DNA of 64,000 nucleotides, taken from contig CM106585.1 in the NCBI GenBank assembly GCA_048013815.1, positions 13,888,001-13,952,000 on the forward strand, written 5' to 3'. The stretch is from Setoptus koraiensis. Its lineage: Eukaryota; Animalia; Arthropoda. The notes under the pieces were generated by a model. It did not search any database, was not told where the DNA came from, and saw only the letters and a list, made by a program, of their open reading frames with translations. The translations under genes and the position numbers were made by a program. This document shows positions 1-12,553 of the stretch, in pieces; within the stretch, counting starts at the first letter, position 1; each line of letters begins with the position of its first letter.

Positions 1-271
1 GCCAGTGGTCTCAAATGGCTCTATAATGGCCACAGAGAGGTAAATAATCGGGCAATTGAATTGTGAGAGCGATCAAAGTGTGAGAGCGGTGGCGCCGGGT
101 CCCGGCGGGCCCGAGCAAGGGCCTATAGTGGCGGTTGCGTTATAGTTGTGTGAGTCGTGACGGTGCGCGAGCAGCAGATGTTGTTGTTTGCGACGAGTGA
201 GTGGCGAGAGATTGTTGCGAGATAAACAAGCGTCGCTGTCATGTCCGACAACGGCCGGCGACAAATGTGAC

Positions 272-342
272 AGCACAACAACAACAACAACAACAGCCGA
301 CAACAACGACAGCAACAACAACAGCAAAAGCCGACAACGACG

Positions 343-401
<59 letters not shown>

Positions 402-432
402 GACGACGGCGACAGCGACGACGACAGCGACG
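272..432 (+). repeat. Compound (CAA)n/(GAC)n microsatellite
   Basis: Near-pure CAA run at about 341-388 flanked by CAA/CAG/GAC variants; explains overlapping polyQ/T/N ORFs. Confidence 0.95.
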
Positions 433-828
433 AGCGCGGTCGCACGCCGCTAGAGGCCCATGCCGCTAATTTCGGTGGCGCTGCCGGCAGCACTAATGCG
501 ATGATTTGATAACCGAAATGACTGAGAATATAGGCGTGCCAGCGGCAACAACGGCAGCGTTTGGCGGCCGGCCCAGCGCCCGCTAAATGGGCCGGCAAAG
601 AGGCCAATTTGCATACACATGAGCTGGCGCGTCACTGGGGCTTCCTCTGGGCCCGCGTTCGGATCGAATCTGGCCCCTGGTTGCGGGTTAGATCGCGGGC
701 CGGCGAGGTATCGAGTTCAGTGGTTGTTTGATTGTTTGTTTGTGTTGCGCCCTAATTGTGATCGTCGCTGCCTGATGGAGCGTGGCTTGTTGGCGTCTGC
801 AACTTGAGCAACTCGCGACGGCGACATT

Positions 829-898
829 GTCAGCGTCGACGGTCAGCGTCGACGGTCAGCGTCGACGGTCAGCGTCGACGGTCAGCGTCGACGGTCAG
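829..898. repeat. 13-bp tandem repeat GTCAGCGTCGACG, 5 perfect copies plus a partial
   Basis: Units at 829, 842, 855, 868, 881; each contains palindromic GTCGAC. Confidence 0.95.
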
Positions 899-2175
899 TG
901 TCTACTGTCAGTGTCGGCTGGCCGTGTCCATTGGCCGTCAGCGGCCAGTCAGCGGCCAGTCAGCGGCCGGTCGACAATGCAAGTGGCCGGTCGAGGCCGA
1001 CAATTGAGCGGGCATCGAGCGGACAATGTTTGTCCGGCGCTGTGGTCGCTGTCGGGCTAATGATGCGAGTTTGCGATTGGCGTCGGTCGCAGCAGCGATG
1101 ATATATTGTCAATACATATTATTGTCAATTATTTCCATCTCAGGTATGTCGCGTTGTGCGCGCATCCACAAGCGGCCCCTCTAACGGGCCACTCGAGTGG
1201 AAGCGGGCGTCTCTAATGGCGCCACTAATGGGCCACATACATAAACACACTGTCGATATACACTGTCCATACACTGTCCATACACTGTTTGCAAACTGAC
1301 AGCGCACTATGACACGGTATGTCACCGGCCACATCTCACATATGATGTATGGCCAGGTATATCGCTGCATAAGTGCCCGTCATGTGGCTTAAGACGGCCC
1401 CAAAAAGACGTGGCGCCCGTTTGACAGTTGGCCAGGGGCACGGTTGCGCCAGTGACGGTCGAGATAACGAGTATAAATATTGCCATTAAATATTTAGTCA
1501 CGCGTGCTCTCTCGCGTCGTTGTTGGCCCGTCGTTGTTGGCCTGTCGCTGTTGGCCCGTCGTTGTTGTCGGCAACAACAGCTACTTATTCTCTTATCTGT
1601 TGCAACAAATCAAATTACCGATGATTCAACCGGACCGGCGCGCATTGTTTGGCGCGCCGATAGGGCCCAAACGCAAACAATGCTGCCCACTCGGCGGCGC
1701 AAATCCGTGCCCATTGTGTGCCCACTGGCTGCTCGCGGGCCCGCTCACAGAATCACGGGCCCATGGGCTCACAGAATCACGGGCTCACTATAATAAGTTT
1801 AATCTGTCGTATAATGACATGGATAACATGTCAACTGGTCAGCCGGTCGGCCGGTCGACTGGTCGGCGGCGGCTCGCGATCGGCGGCGGCTCGCGATCGG
1901 CAGCCGGGCCGGCGGCCCGGCGCCCAATGGCCGACGGCCGACGGCCGAACCTATATATACATGCCCGATATATGCCCCGTCGGCATCTATCGGGCATGTT
2001 GTACACAAAGCAATGTGCGCATGTATTTATGCGGCGGGTGCAACATGCGCGGCGCCCGCGACCGGGGGCCATAAACAATAACACGAACAAGGCATAAAAC
2101 GGGGCCAATGATGAACACGAAGGCCAATTAATGGGCGCTGTGCAGCTAATAGCAGCGCGCGATGCTCGTTTGATT

Positions 2176-2235
2176 GGCGTTATCGGCGTCATGGCGTCAT
2201 CGGCGTCATCGGCGTCATCGGCGTCATCGGCGTCA
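2176..2235. repeat. 9-bp tandem repeat GGCGTCATC, about 6.5 copies
   Basis: Read directly from sequence; first copy GGCGTTATC, second one base short. Confidence 0.9.
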
Positions 2236-3522
2236 GTTAATTATGACAGCGACAACAACAGCGACAACAACGCTCTTTCCGGCCCGGCGCAACGCGAATA
2301 CACGCGAAATGCGCAACAGACGCAACACTGTTGCGGCAACAGTGACACGGAGACGCAAGACGCGCAAAATGTCGCAGAAAATGAGATAAAAAATAATAAT
2401 GAGTCAATGGGTCCGGACCGGCCTTCGAGGCTGCAAGTTGGAGGGGCGCACCGACCACAACAACAACATTGACACAACAACAACGACAGCATGACACACA
2501 AACCAAACAAACTCACATGCGTCATGCGTCAGCAACAAATTACCAGCTCCGCCGACAGCGACAACATCACGGCCGGGCCGGCAGCGGCTCGCAACAGCGA
2601 CTCGCAACAAATTATACAATCATTAGCGCCAAACAAACAGCTATTCTCGGCTCGACTAATTTGCATCTCATTTGTTGGCGCCGCGCGACACCCCGACCAA
2701 ACAATGTTGCCCTGGCCGGCGCTGTCGTCGTCGTGGCCTCTGTTGCTGGCTGGCCGTTGTCGTCATTGAGCGACTCGACTCGAGTCACTCGAGTCGCTCA
2801 ATGAGCGACGACGACGACGACGACGACGACGAAATAATAAAAAAGAGCAAAAGCAAAAGACTGGCAAAAGCAATTAAGTCGACAGAGACGCAGCTCGTTT
2901 CGTTTAATATGCTGCATGACGCGATGTGCAGTGTGTTGTGTGCTAATGAACTAATTAACTACTGCTCATTAATTTTGCAACTGCAGCCAGCTCAAAAGCC
3001 AGTGCTCTACCAAAGTGCTCTACCAATGCAAATCGATCGACTCGAGACGAGACGAGACGCTGCGCTGAAACACTTATTATGTTACACACGACCGATGCCA
3101 TTATTATTATTGTGTTATTATGTAATGAATGGTCGCAGTTTACAGTTTGTCACAGCGAGATTTTGTTTTTATTATTATTATGCATAGTGTATAATTATTA
3201 TAATACTGTGACTGTGCTCGCTCACACAGATTTGCCGGGCTCATACAGTATTATAAATAAGTGTAAATATTATACAGTGTAATATAGCGTATATACAGGC
3301 AGCATCCAAAATACTGCCGCTATATACTATGCCGTATAATAGATCCAAGGATAACTTGCTGCTGCTGCATTATACAACTCAATATGCATGCCAGTGACAC
3401 TTTTTAATGACCACCCCCGCCTTTTCATCACAGCGCCGGCCGCTTGGCGGCGCCTTCACGCTGTCTGCGCACCTTCAATTGACCAAATCAGGCCCGTCGA
3501 TTTGGCCCGACAAAGCGACCCG

Positions 3523-3584
3523 ACTGGACCGGACCAAACTGGACCGGACTGGACCGGGCGGGACCAGACGGGACCAGACTGGAC
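3523..3584. repeat. Degenerate 10-bp repeat GGACC(A/G)GAC(T/G), about 6 copies
   Basis: GGACC recurs every 10 nt. Confidence 0.85.
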
Positions 3585-5903
3585 AAACGAATGGGCGGCA
3601 AACAAACAAAACACGACAAACAGTCAATCGTTGTCAAGCTCTGCCAGTTGCACTTCACTCTGGCCGCCGTAGTATCATGTTTTGTGAATCAATCTCCGCT
3701 TGCGACCAGTGTGACAATCATGAGATTGCATAATAATGACCATTCTGTTGCGCCGACTTGCGCATCATCATCAAGCGCCAATTATATTGAGTAATATTTT
3801 AGTATTTTTATTCATTCACTTACATCAGTCTGGTTGTTGGTGGTTGTTGGACACACATACACACCCACAACAACAACAACATACGTTGTGACAACGTACG
3901 CAATGTTGCGTCACAACATTGTTATTTCAAGTGATATATGTGTATAGACAAGCAGAGTATTGATAATATAATTCAACACTGTTTAGTGAGCATATACTAT
4001 AGTGAGTATAGGCCTGACGAGCGGCCGGGTGGCGCCATCTGTGGGCGCCGGCCACTTGTGATTATTGTAATTGTGTAACCCCCCCCCCGGCCTGCGGTTG
4101 CCGGCTCGCATCTTATCTAATCTTTTAATCTGTTTGACTTTGTTTGCGCGCTAAGCAGCTAAACACACGTTGACAGATATACTGAGATATATACACTTAA
4201 ACGCCGGCCCACAGCAGATATTTGCGCTTATGCATGCCGGCCGGCGGTTGTTTGAGCCGCCAGTGATTGCTTATCAGGCCACGATATTGTGATACAACAA
4301 ACAAATCGAGATTGACCGCTGATACCCGGCCGGCGCGCCGATACCCGGCCGGCAGACGGAGCGACGGACAACTACAACAGGTATGAGCACAACTATAACT
4401 TATACTGCTGCTTGCCGCTCGGCGGCGCGACAAGGCGCCCATTTGACAGGTGCCAACTCATAGTCCACACGACGCTACCTATGAAACTACCTGTTCGGTG
4501 CCGCGTCTACCTGTCCGCGGTGCCGTACCTACCCGGGCTGTGCGTCTACCTGTGTGACGCGGCCAGTCCGGTGGGCACACTGATAATGCGCGGTGCGGAG
4601 TGCACTTGTTGCCGCCACTTGACCACACGCGGCGACCCAAAGAATTTATCTCTGCCATGTTCGCTGCTCTTATCATGCCTGATCCGTTCTACCTGTTGGC
4701 ATGTTTGTGGTGCCGTCCGATGGCGTGCGTCAGTTTGAGCGAGCTTGTTAGTTTGTTAGTCTGTTGGTTTGTTGGTTTGTCGGTTCGTCAGTTTGTCGGT
4801 TTGTCGGTTCGTCGGTTTGCCAGTTCGGGCTGGCCCGTTGTTGTCTGGTTGCCGAGGTATTTTGGAATCATGTTGGCGCGGTTGTCGCTGTTGCCGTCGC
4901 AAATGTGATTTGATTTGTTTTGATATGATATGTGCGGCATGTGTCGGCCGAGAGTCACCTGAGTCAGCTTATCTGGGCTTAGCAATCGCCGCCAGAGAGT
5001 ATTTGCGGCGAGCAGAAGCCGTTGCGAACAAGGCCGTCGTCGTCTCGCTTCGAATTATCGCCGAGTGGCGCGCGATGTCCAGCGGTTTGCTGCAAACCAG
5101 CCCGGCATGCAAACCGCCGCTGCCACCGATTTAGTGCGAACCGATCTGGTAGTCATCGCCGAACAAGCAGCCTATGGATGAAACGATAAATGATGATGCC
5201 AATTAAAGGAGCCGGCCGATCAATGTTGCCCTCTCGTCCTCTCGCACTCTCGGCCGCTTGCCGGCCGGGCCGGCCCGACGACAAGGCCAAGGAAGCGACG
5301 CTCAAATGAATGATTGAAACGATATATACAACCGGTAATAGAGTGGCGGCGGCGGCGGCAAAAACAGCAGGAGCGCCGCCATATCGCAGCCATCTCGCTG
5401 TCAGTGTCTCTGTCAGGCTCTCCGTCAGTGTCTCTGTTTGCGACCACAACAGGACAGATATCGGGCCAGAGATGGCTGCGATAACATACATACACAGGCC
5501 AGCAGCATATTGGACATTTGCACTAAATGCAAATAAATAAATAACTATAAATAGACTGTTGACACCGGCGCGGCTAATTCACTTGCTGGCCGGTCGTCAC
5601 CACGATGATGTCACCACGACCAGTTGTTGCCGTCACTCACAACAACTCTTACACATACTTGGCCAGTGCCACTCTGTTGGTGCCGGCAAGGGCAACAGAA
5701 CGCGCCCGATATGCGCGCACGGTGACGCAATTCACCTGCCGACGACGACAGGTGACAATTGTTCAAATTGTCGGCATAAATTACATTTCGCGTTGCTTGT
5801 CTAGAGTGGCGCCTCTTGGCGTTGCGACCGATATCGCGCAGCGACGCGTCTTGGCGCAGCCACTCCTGTGAGGCCACGGCGAAAAAGAATTGCAAAAAGA
5901 ACT

Positions 5904-5982
5904 GCGAAAAGAATCACAAGAAGAATCGCGAAAAGAATCACAAGAAGAATCGCGAAAAGAATCACAAGAAGAATCGCGAAAA
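5904..5982. repeat. 24-bp tandem repeat GCGAAAAGAATCACAAGAAGAATC x3.3
   Basis: Three identical units at 5904, 5928, 5952; no spacers. Confidence 0.95.
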
Positions 5983-7024
5983 CAACTCGCCAAGCGAGCG
6001 AATGAGGCGATCGCTCAAATAGCGACATCGGACAGAAACCAGTTCTCGTTCGTGGCTCGCTATCTGATCCGACGCTATCTGAGCCAAGTGGATATTGATT
6101 AATGGACCAACAACTAATCAATATCCACTAATCAACTAATATCGCCGTCGTCGCGTTGTTTGTAAGACGCAATGTTTGCTGTCGGCGTCTATTCAACTTG
6201 CCATTGCGACCGGCCGCCTCTCTGCGCCGATTCTAGATGCTGTCTAGCGATCTAAACTCAAAGAGAGACCGCATTAGAGACCAATTAACATGTTGCCATA
6301 ATATTGTGGACTCTTGTCGGTCTTGTTAGACACTAGCAGTAGTTATACTTGTCAGACAAACTCAAAAGTGTCGCGCGCCTCTCTCTCTCTCTCTCTCTCG
6401 CCCGCTCGCTCGGTAATTGTCGTGCGCTCATTTTCAATTCTTGATTGAATTCTTTCCACAACAGCCAACTAATGCAACTCATTGCAAGCGAGCTCAATTT
6501 ATAAATACCTGGTAGCAATGTATCACTCTACAGGAGATTGCTTGAGTAAGATAAAGTGGCACCAAAGCGGCCATCGGCATCTCTGATCGATAGTCAAAAC
6601 AGTCTTTGCAAATTGTCCGAGTTCATCAGCCTGTCCGGCTGTCTGGAAGTGACTGTGTCCTCGTTGCGAGCCGCCACAGATGGACACAGATAGTTAGTGG
6701 TCGCTTTTTGACCATTGACACAAACTTAAATGTCGAGCTAGCCCTACAACTGGCACACAACTCCATACAACTCGATGGCTTTTCGACCGCGAACAAGTTT
6801 CAAATTACGCGCCCAAACCGGCGAAAAAACATGTTTTGCGAAACACATGGCTATGTTGTTATTGTTGCTGTTTTCTTTCTCTCTTCGCATCGCCCCATGT
6901 CATAACTATCGATTTATCATCCCAGTTTTACAATGTAGGCTGACGAAATTTCAAAATAATCCTATACAACAGCCTCGCCAGGGGACGCAAACATTGAAGC
7001 CGATATCTGCGGTGCTCAGCCATC

Positions 7025-8268
7025 ATGCTGAAAGGTCATCGTGTTGCCAACAAAGACATCAAAGCGTTCACCAAGTATCTCCAGGCTATGAGAGCGAACC
7101 ATCGCTCCGACGCAGGTCATGACGATTCACAATTTCCCACCAACGAGTGGCTATTTATGTCGCCCAGAGAAAAAAAATGGTTCTATGATCCGGTGGTGAA
7201 CGAAGAGTTTCCAAATATGCATTTTATTCATTTCATGAACTGGAACAGACACAAATATCCCAACAAACCCGCCTCGGTCAGTAACTCGATCATGGGCTCG
7301 ACACGCATGTCGGCCATTGAGCCAAAGATGTCGGGCTATTCGACTAATAATAAGCATTCAACTAACTAATCTAATATCAACTGCCACTAATCTACTAATT
7401 TATCACTCATTCATCACAAACAAAACAGTTCATTGCTAAGAAACTTGTTCCTATATACGGGAAATTATCTGACCAGGAGAAGATGCATTATGGAACTCGC
7501 ACGCTGAAAGATTACCATGACTATCAAGCAAACAATGTGATAAACAAAAGACAGGAACTCAAAAATATTTATCAAGATCCAAAAGAACTATTGCTATTGG
7601 AGATGATTTTGTGTACAAAGCCACACAAGCCACTCACTTCGTACCAGTGGTTCGCTCGATCCATCAAAAACTATGCGTCCAGTGTTACCACTGTTAATCA
7701 GTGGAAGGCCATTGCAGATAAAGAAAAAGAACAGTTTGTTAGACGATTTCGCTTGGACGAGTTACGTTACACGTATGAAATTGAAATCTGGCGCACCAGA
7801 TTCTTGCATCTGGATTTGAATAACTCTCAAATAGATCTGAGTGCCATGCTTGGATGCAGATTGCCGTTGCAAGATATTAGTGTGATAGCAAAAGAATACA
7901 CAAATCTCATGGGAAATATATTCTTCTTCTATTTATCCTATATTATTCGAGAGCGATTCTTGATGGAAGGCGAAAAATCTATCACTGATATACTCAACGA
8001 GGCAACAAATCTTTGGAACCAACTGGAATGTACAAAGAAAGATAAATATGTTGCAAAGCATGTTAGAGGCATAGAGTCCCAGAGAGCTAGACTGCGCAGA
8101 ATAACGGCTAAATATCCAAATTTCGTTGAAAAGACGATCCTACTTGAAGATCTCATTAGGAAATCACTGATTCTGAAGGATCTCAAAATCAAACTTAAGC
8201 TTGCTAATAGTAAGAGAGATGCTTCGGAGGACGAGGCTAGAATCCAACTAATTGGACAGATTTACTAG
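7025..8268 (+). CDS. Multi-HMG-box protein, TFAM-like, about 363 aa; exons 7025-7276 and 7429-8268
   Basis: Phase-0 intron 7277-7428 (GTCAGT...TACTAAT...CAG, in-frame stop inside) joins FIHFMNWNRHKYPNKPAS to FIAKKLVPIYGKLSDQEKMHY, rebuilding an HMG box. KPHKPLTSYQWF...WKAIADKEKEQF...DELRYTYEIEIW resembles TFAM box B. Two further HMG-like segments flank these. Confidence 0.7.
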
Positions 8269-9358
8269 ATGTATTATACATAGATTGATTGAGTCATCAA
8301 CTATAGTTCATTAACAGTAGTCGTGTGTTGGATATTTTACATTTTGTTGATGCGAACAAGCCTTTTGTAGAGTTTTGTAACACTACAGTTCAGTAAACAG
8401 GGTGCAATGTTGCCCGTCTAGAAGTATTAATTCAAAGTTGGAGGTTTTGAATATACCTGCTTTTGTTAAAAACTTTCTCACAACTCAACTCTTTTCCTTT
8501 TGTCAGACCCGCAGCGGCTCCTGTCAGACTTCAAGCAACAGTTCCGGATAGTTATGTGAAGGCTGACGAACACAGTGCACATTCGTGATCATGAAACAAG
8601 AAAAAATACTAGGGGGAACAAAATCAAGGAATAAGACAGAGGAAATTGAATGGGATTTCGCAACGCAGTTACTTGATTTAACTTTTACCCTCGCAGCACT
8701 CTTGTTCTCGGTTACACTCGTATTTTCACACTCGATGAACACTTGGAGGACTCCAGTGTCTGCTTTTGTGAAATTGAATAAATTATTTATTGAAGGTAAA
8801 CATGGTTTGAGAATATTTAGTCATCCCATAGAGATATTGAACGAAGTATCTGATTTTTCTCGATTAGATATTGTATGTTTAGTCCCTTCCATCTCACTAT
8901 CAGAAGACTATCGGAGATTGAAGGAGACAGCCAAGGTGGGATAAGTGACGAAATCTTTCACATCGGTTCATGTACAATGGAGAATGGCGTTGATCGAGCT
9001 AAGAACCAATGTATCTTATGATGATAGAAGTTGATTGGGGAATAGAATGAGCAAAGGAGGTTTTTTGCACACTCAAGCATCATATCGCTGATTTGGATTG
9101 ATGGAGATATTTATGATGACTTTTTTCCGGGGTTCATCAAACTAGGTTAATAGATATTTCCGATTGAAGTTTTCTTGCTAGGCTCGACAATAGGTTGACA
9201 AACTGAAGGCTGCCTTTGGGGGGTTTCCTCCCGAAGATGGGCCACGGGGGTAAATACAATACGCAGGCAACAACAAATCCAGCTAAATGAGAGAAGAAAG
9301 CTAGAGAAAACTGCTGCAAAACGAAGGCCCGCATGGCACCAATAACCTGTTGGTCGTT

Positions 9359-9769
9359 TTAATCGTCCCATGTCGGGGGCCGGGCTCGGGCGAGCTGTTG
9401 TTGCAGCTGTTGAATAAGTTGTTGTTGTTGTTGAACAAGTTGTTGTAGTTGTTGTTGTAGTTGTAGTTGTTGTGGATCTGGTGGTTGTGGCTGTTGCTGT
9501 TGTAATTGTCGCTGCTGTCGCTGATTAGCTCTCCGGCCTCGACCCCTAGTCCCCCTCCGGGTTTTCTTTTTGAAGCCCGCCTGGCCTCTCCATCCCACCC
9601 ATGGCCTATGACCTCCCCTATAGCCGGCCTGACTTCGTAACACAGCGGCGGCAAGTGATTCTAATGTTGGTGGTGTTGCCCTTGCTGGTGGTGTTGCTGG
9701 TGCTGGTAGTGGTAGTGGTGTTGCTATTTTTGGTGCTGGTGTTGCCGTTGATGCTCGCAGTGGCTCCAT
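9359..9769 (-). CDS. Orphan 136-aa protein: Pro-rich N-terminus, basic RG-rich middle, Gln-rich C-terminus
   Basis: ATG at 9769 in ACCGCCATGG context; MEPLRAST...RGGHRPWVGWRGQAGFKKKTRRGTRGRGRR...QQQL...PPTWDD; no family recognised. Confidence 0.4.
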   Translation of the reverse strand: MEPLRASTATPAPKIATPLPLPAPATPPARATPPTLESLAAAVLRSQAGYRGGHRPWVGWRGQAGFKKKTRRGTRGRGRRANQRQQRQLQQQQPQPPDPQQLQLQQQLQQLVQQQQQLIQQLQQQLARARPPTWDD

Positions 9770-12159
9770 GGCGGTGATAATAGAAAGGATAATAACAATA
9801 ATAATAACAATAACAATGATAACAGCGATAATAATAACAATACTAATAATAATAGAAGCAATAATAAATTTTCTCAACTTTTTTAACTGATGTCCACATA
9901 GCGACCACGTGTGTCAACTTAAGGTCATAGTATCTCGAGAAAACTGTTTACTCACTGTGCAAGATAGGACTCGGTAAGTCTTGCCGTTTGAGTGAGAAGA
10001 ATTGCCCTTGCCCATCGCTGCGCGAACGGTGATTTCGTTGATTGGTGTTTACTACATTAACATCTTTTTGAATCCGTCAATCTCTACCAACAATGTATAT
10101 TCGCATGTTTAAACGGCATTGATAATCACCGATAACTTCGTGTTCAGTTTTCTTGAGGCCAACGAAGAATTGTTACTACCATTTGAGGTTAGTATTCTTA
10201 TTCAGTTGAGCGGCCGATTGCTTTTGTGGAATTAGAAAGAGCACGAGAGTTCAAAATCCAAGTGAGAATTTGAATAAATCATTCCCAAGAGTGGAAAATT
10301 TTCCAAGAGTTACATTTCCGGTAAATCTTTGTTCAGCTATTTCGTCAACTAACGGACCGTCAGCACGAGTAAAACTTCATTGAAAGTTGACGGATCGATC
10401 GAGCGATAACTGAACTCGGTAAATTTGTCAGATTCTCAAGCTTTCGTCACTTGTACTTTTCGACTTACATAGCCACATGAATGGTTTATACCCATCTGAG
10501 AGTCAGCGTAGATCACAGGTGTGCCGACTAAATACATAAATATCTATTCTTTTGTGGATACATTTTGAAAAAAATATTCATAATAACGCAACCTTGAATG
10601 TGTATAGCAACAAGAATAGACAAACACAGCTATCAGAATCTAAGCGTGTCCTCCATAGAAGTTTTTCAATTATATCCGCTAGGTCAAATCGACATGAGCA
10701 AGCGTGCCCAACGAAATTCACACTAGATTGCACACTATCATGATGTAATGCCCACGATACAGAAAAATAAGCTAAGCGATAGAGGTGATAAAAGCGATAG
10801 TGGATCGATTCGGTCGAGAGTTCATAGTTTCGTCACTGCCTCATTGCCATGACAATCGTAACTAGGTCTCATGGTGCAAGCACTGATGAACAGTTTTCGT
10901 TAAATTAAATTGGGTGGATATTAACTCATTGGATTGTGTTGTGTAGCCATAATGGCGATAAACAAGATCCATGATTCTACAGAATAAACACTGCTACTCA
11001 ATCGACCCTCCACCATTTGAGGCTACCCTGGAACAAAAAATTTCAGAAGGAAGAGGTTCAGTTCCATTCTGGAAGGCTACAGCAACGATTGTATTACTGT
11101 GGAATTGACAAATGGGCACGCTGGGGCAAAGACTTTCATCAAACTGTGTCGCACCGATCGTTTTGTCCGTCTTTAGCGTGCCTGTCAAGATAGAAGAGTT
11201 CCTGGACTGGCTCCACAGAGTCTGGATATGTGTTGATGGTGGCCATTTCGTTGGTGTTGCAATGGATTGCTTGCTGTCAAGTTCACAGTAACGTGATACG
11301 ACACTAACATGGAAAATTGTGTAATACGCTTGACACTGGTGTTATTTCCATCGTTCATCGGCAATAAATTGATATTTATTTACAAGCTCAGTGAGTTTAT
11401 AAAGCGCGTGAATGTGATAAGAGCCATGATGATGTTGACGGTACTCCAATTGTTATAAAAAAACAGTAATTGTTATTGTTGTCGTTGGCCTTGTTTTGTT
11501 CCGATTGAACCAAACAAAATGCAGTTCAACCGGAGCCAGACCATTTGTCAGATTGAAGGTGTATTAGAGAAGAAATGATAATAAACAATAGGGCAGACCA
11601 ACAACATCGTGATGCTCTCTCTCTCTCTCTCTCTCTCTCTGTTTGTCGAGAAACTGTATCAACGACGCACATACAGACAGACGAGCGCACAGAGTGAGTC
11701 ACACATTGTGACAGACAGACAAATCTGACGTTTGTTAGTCACGCAAAATCCTAGTTTTATTTTATTTTTATTTTATATTTTGCACTGCAAAACTGCTGCT
11801 GCGCAAAACACAGTTATGTGCAACAGTGCTCTCAGTCCTGCAGATAAGTGCATGTGAGAGACTGTGTTACATGCAAACTATCTGCAGATAGTGGGCGCTG
11901 ATTGTGTGCACTGTGCCGCATTGGTACTGCACACTGACAATACGCCTACTTATAGTATATGCGTCGTCGCGTCTCCATGTCTGTCGATGAAATGCAACAG
12001 ATACAACAAGCAGATAATTTTCTACCACAATATCTAGTGTAATAGCAATAATCAACTGACTTGTTGGATAAGGTACTGATGATCAAATTCAATCAATATG
12101 TTCGCCATTTAGACCCAATACAGCCGCTTGGACCATTTTCATTCTGTAAATCGATCCCG

Positions 12160-12167
12160 TATCGATA
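12160..12167. promoter_or_regulatory. DRE-like element TATCGATA upstream of dynamin
   Basis: Exact DREF-site palindrome about 390 nt before the dynamin ATG; DRE marks insect housekeeping promoters; a chance match is possible. Confidence 0.3.
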
Positions 12168-12553
12168 ATATTCATCATCGGCGTTAATTCTATTATTCGT
12201 TTCTGGAGATATTATCATCATTGTCATCATCGATTTTATTATATCCAACGTAGCCTTTTATTAAACCTTTAATCTCCAATTATAACCAACAAGTAGTTGT
12301 TATTTTGTTTGTGACACATTGGTTACATCTAAATGAGTCAGAAATGTGTCTCGTGAGCGTTAGCTCGGATATTCCAATCAATGTATTATTTTATTGATGT
12401 TTATGATTATCATAATCATTCTAAGCAACCACAACATTTTAAACTGAATCGTTCGCAGCAGTCCAATAATTTTACTTCAGCAAATCCACCCAACGGTCCG
12501 GATCAGTCACAGGACACATTAATTAAATTATTAGTTAGCCTCCCTCTCTCAAC

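Noticed and set aside
73-6121. Dozens of short ORFs with polyQ/T/N/C/L/V runs (also at 20-27 kb and 50.7-54.5 kb)
   Set aside because: Frames are kept open by CAA/TTG microsatellites and tandem repeats; no domains or convincing splice linkage
8300-9350. Excess of TGA among stops in some frames, suggesting a TGA=Trp or mitochondrial-type insert
   Set aside because: TAA and TAG also interrupt the frames, TGA excess is explained by antisense TCA, and no mitochondrial or bacterial protein was recognisable
9775-9877. Poly-Ile transmembrane-like N-terminus of ORF 9359-9877
   Set aside because: Encoded by an (ATT)n microsatellite upstream of the only good ATG (9769); treated as UTR
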